DNA of 60,265 nt. Source: Pseudomonadota bacterium (lineage in GTDB: Bacteria; Pseudomonadota; Gammaproteobacteria; JAKAQQ01). Shown in pieces: positions 59,379-60,265 of this stretch (within the stretch, counting starts at the first letter, position 1; each line of letters starts with the position of its first letter). A program made the translations under genes and the position numbers. The notes below the pieces were generated by a model, which made no database searches, was not told where the DNA came from, and saw nothing but the letters and a program-made list of their open reading frames with translations. Location: contig JAKATI010000003.1 of the NCBI GenBank assembly GCA_021828045.1, positions 1 through 60,265 of the forward strand, read 5' to 3'.

Positions 59379-59543
59379 ATGAAGACTATTACTCGTGTCA
59401 ACCAACTACATGGAAATGTGAAAACCCTCCACAAAGATTTTTTTTCCAAAAATAAGAGGCGTGCTGGATTTGCGCATGACCGTATCAGGAAAGGAAAATG
59501 CTTTGTCGTTAAGGAAACTCTGATCAATCTTGGTTTGATGTGA
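59379..59543 (+). CDS. Hypothetical small basic protein (54 aa) in AT-rich DNA
   Basis: Too short for the ORF track. An ATG is preceded by GGAG at 5-nt spacing, and the ORF reads MKTITRVNQLHGNVKTLHKDFFSKNKRRAGFAHDRIRKGKCFVVKETLINLGLM. I recognise no family. Confidence 0.15.
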   Translation: MKTITRVNQLHGNVKTLHKDFFSKNKRRAGFAHDRIRKGKCFVVKETLINLGLM

Positions 59544-59600
59544 TCCACTTGAAATCAGGTGCCATGTTGGCCCTGCCGGGTCGTTTGATTCCTGTGTTTC

Positions 59601-60265
59601 GGCTCCCGAACCTCTTGTTTCTGACAAGAGGGCCGATGGCAGGCGGGCTACGCCCCTTGCAGCCGCAACAACCTTCTCCTCACCATGAAGAGATTGGCGA
59701 GCGCACAGGTCACGAACAGCCGATGGGCATTCTTGCGAAGCCCGCGATAGCGGGTCTTCATGAAGCCGAAGAGCCGCTGGATCACCAGAAACGGGGGTTC
59801 GCCCGTGGCGCGCACTCTCGATTTGGGGGTGTTCTTCGCTTTCTGTTCCGCGGTGAGCGGATGGTTGCGGGTCGCCTTCTCGTGCGTCCAGTCTTGGGCC
59901 TGCGGCGCCTGGGCGCGAATCACCTCGGTCTGGCCGGCATAGGCGCTATCGCCTCACACCCGGGTCTCGGCTCCGTGCAGCAGATCGGGCAGGATCTGCG
60001 AGTCGTGCACGTTCGCCGCAGTGGCGACCACCGAGTGAATGAGCTTCACCTTGCTGTCGATCCCCAGATGGGCCTTCCTCCCGAAAGACCACGGATTCCC
60101 TTTCTTCGTCTGGTGCATCTCGGGATCGCGCGACTGACTCTGGTTCTTCGTCGAAGATGGCGCGTTGAGAATCGTGGCATCGACGATGGTGCCCCGACCA
60201 ACTGTCAGCCCCAAGGCCGCGAGATGGGCGTTGACCTTCACAAAGATCTGTTCGCCGAGGCTCGC
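59601..60265 (-). mobile_element. IS5-family insertion sequence (partial; left boundary approximate)
   Basis: Base composition switches sharply from AT-rich to GC-rich near 59590-59600. An 8-bp-stem palindrome CCTCTTGT-ttctg-ACAAGAGG (59611-59631) lies just past the transposase stop. The terminal inverted repeat cannot be defined without the other end. Confidence 0.55.
59648..60265 (-). pseudogene. IS5-family DDE transposase, interrupted by an in-frame TGA and truncated by the window edge
   Basis: The two tracked ORFs (59954-60241 and 59648-59923) are in the same frame, and the frame is open to nt 60265. Joined they read ...[17 protein letters not shown]...[66 protein letters not shown]...KSRVRATGEPPFLVIQRLFGFMKTRYRGLRKNAHRLFVTCALANLFM, a typical IS5/InsH-like layout. 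The stop lies at 59954-59956. Confidence 0.85.

Overview
GC-rich (by eye about 60%) proteobacterial chromosome segment that starts just downstream of dnaA/oriC. It is mostly a housekeeping backbone with Pseudomonas-like synteny: dnaN (5'-truncated)-recF-gyrB, then on the minus strand an acyltransferase, gmhB, glyS and glyQ. Next come glnA with a sigma54 promoter and NtrC sites, a beta-carbonic anhydrase, a DUF2459 lipoprotein, a DUF4124 protein, ntrB-ntrC and a hydrolase. Nt 16102-35785 hold a complete MSHA-type type IV pilus locus on the minus strand, in Vibrio gene order (mshI..mshF, then mshA..mshQ). At the position where mshB would sit, the locus is interrupted by a compact four-gene module: lysine 2,3-aminomutase, two Ddl-like ATP-grasp ligases and a GNAT. 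I consider this module the best candidate for an undescribed system (a beta-lysine ligation or modification pathway). More housekeeping genes follow: pyrD (class 1B type), gpsA, secB, grxC, rhodanese, envC, HNH, pntAA-pntAB-pntB, an ECF sigma/DUF3619/DUF3106 module, priA, argS and a SPOR protein. Nt 50460-57987 encode a six-gene hyf/hyc-like membrane complex behind a near-consensus sigma70 promoter. Its 'hydrogenase large subunit' lacks all four NiFe-ligating cysteines, while the NuoB-like Fe-S subunit is intact, so it resembles an Ehr-type hydrogenase-related complex. The last 2.3 kb are visibly AT-richer and gene-poor. They contain a 42-nt 3' fragment of a tRNA(CAU) (an att-site-like remnant), a Cys-rich mini-ORF, and an IS5-family transposase inactivated by an in-frame TGA and cut by the window edge. 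No CRISPR arrays or rRNA genes were seen. Many long ORFs in the track are antisense or out-of-frame artefacts of the high GC content, and several tracked ORFs are over-extended at their 5' ends (corrected below).
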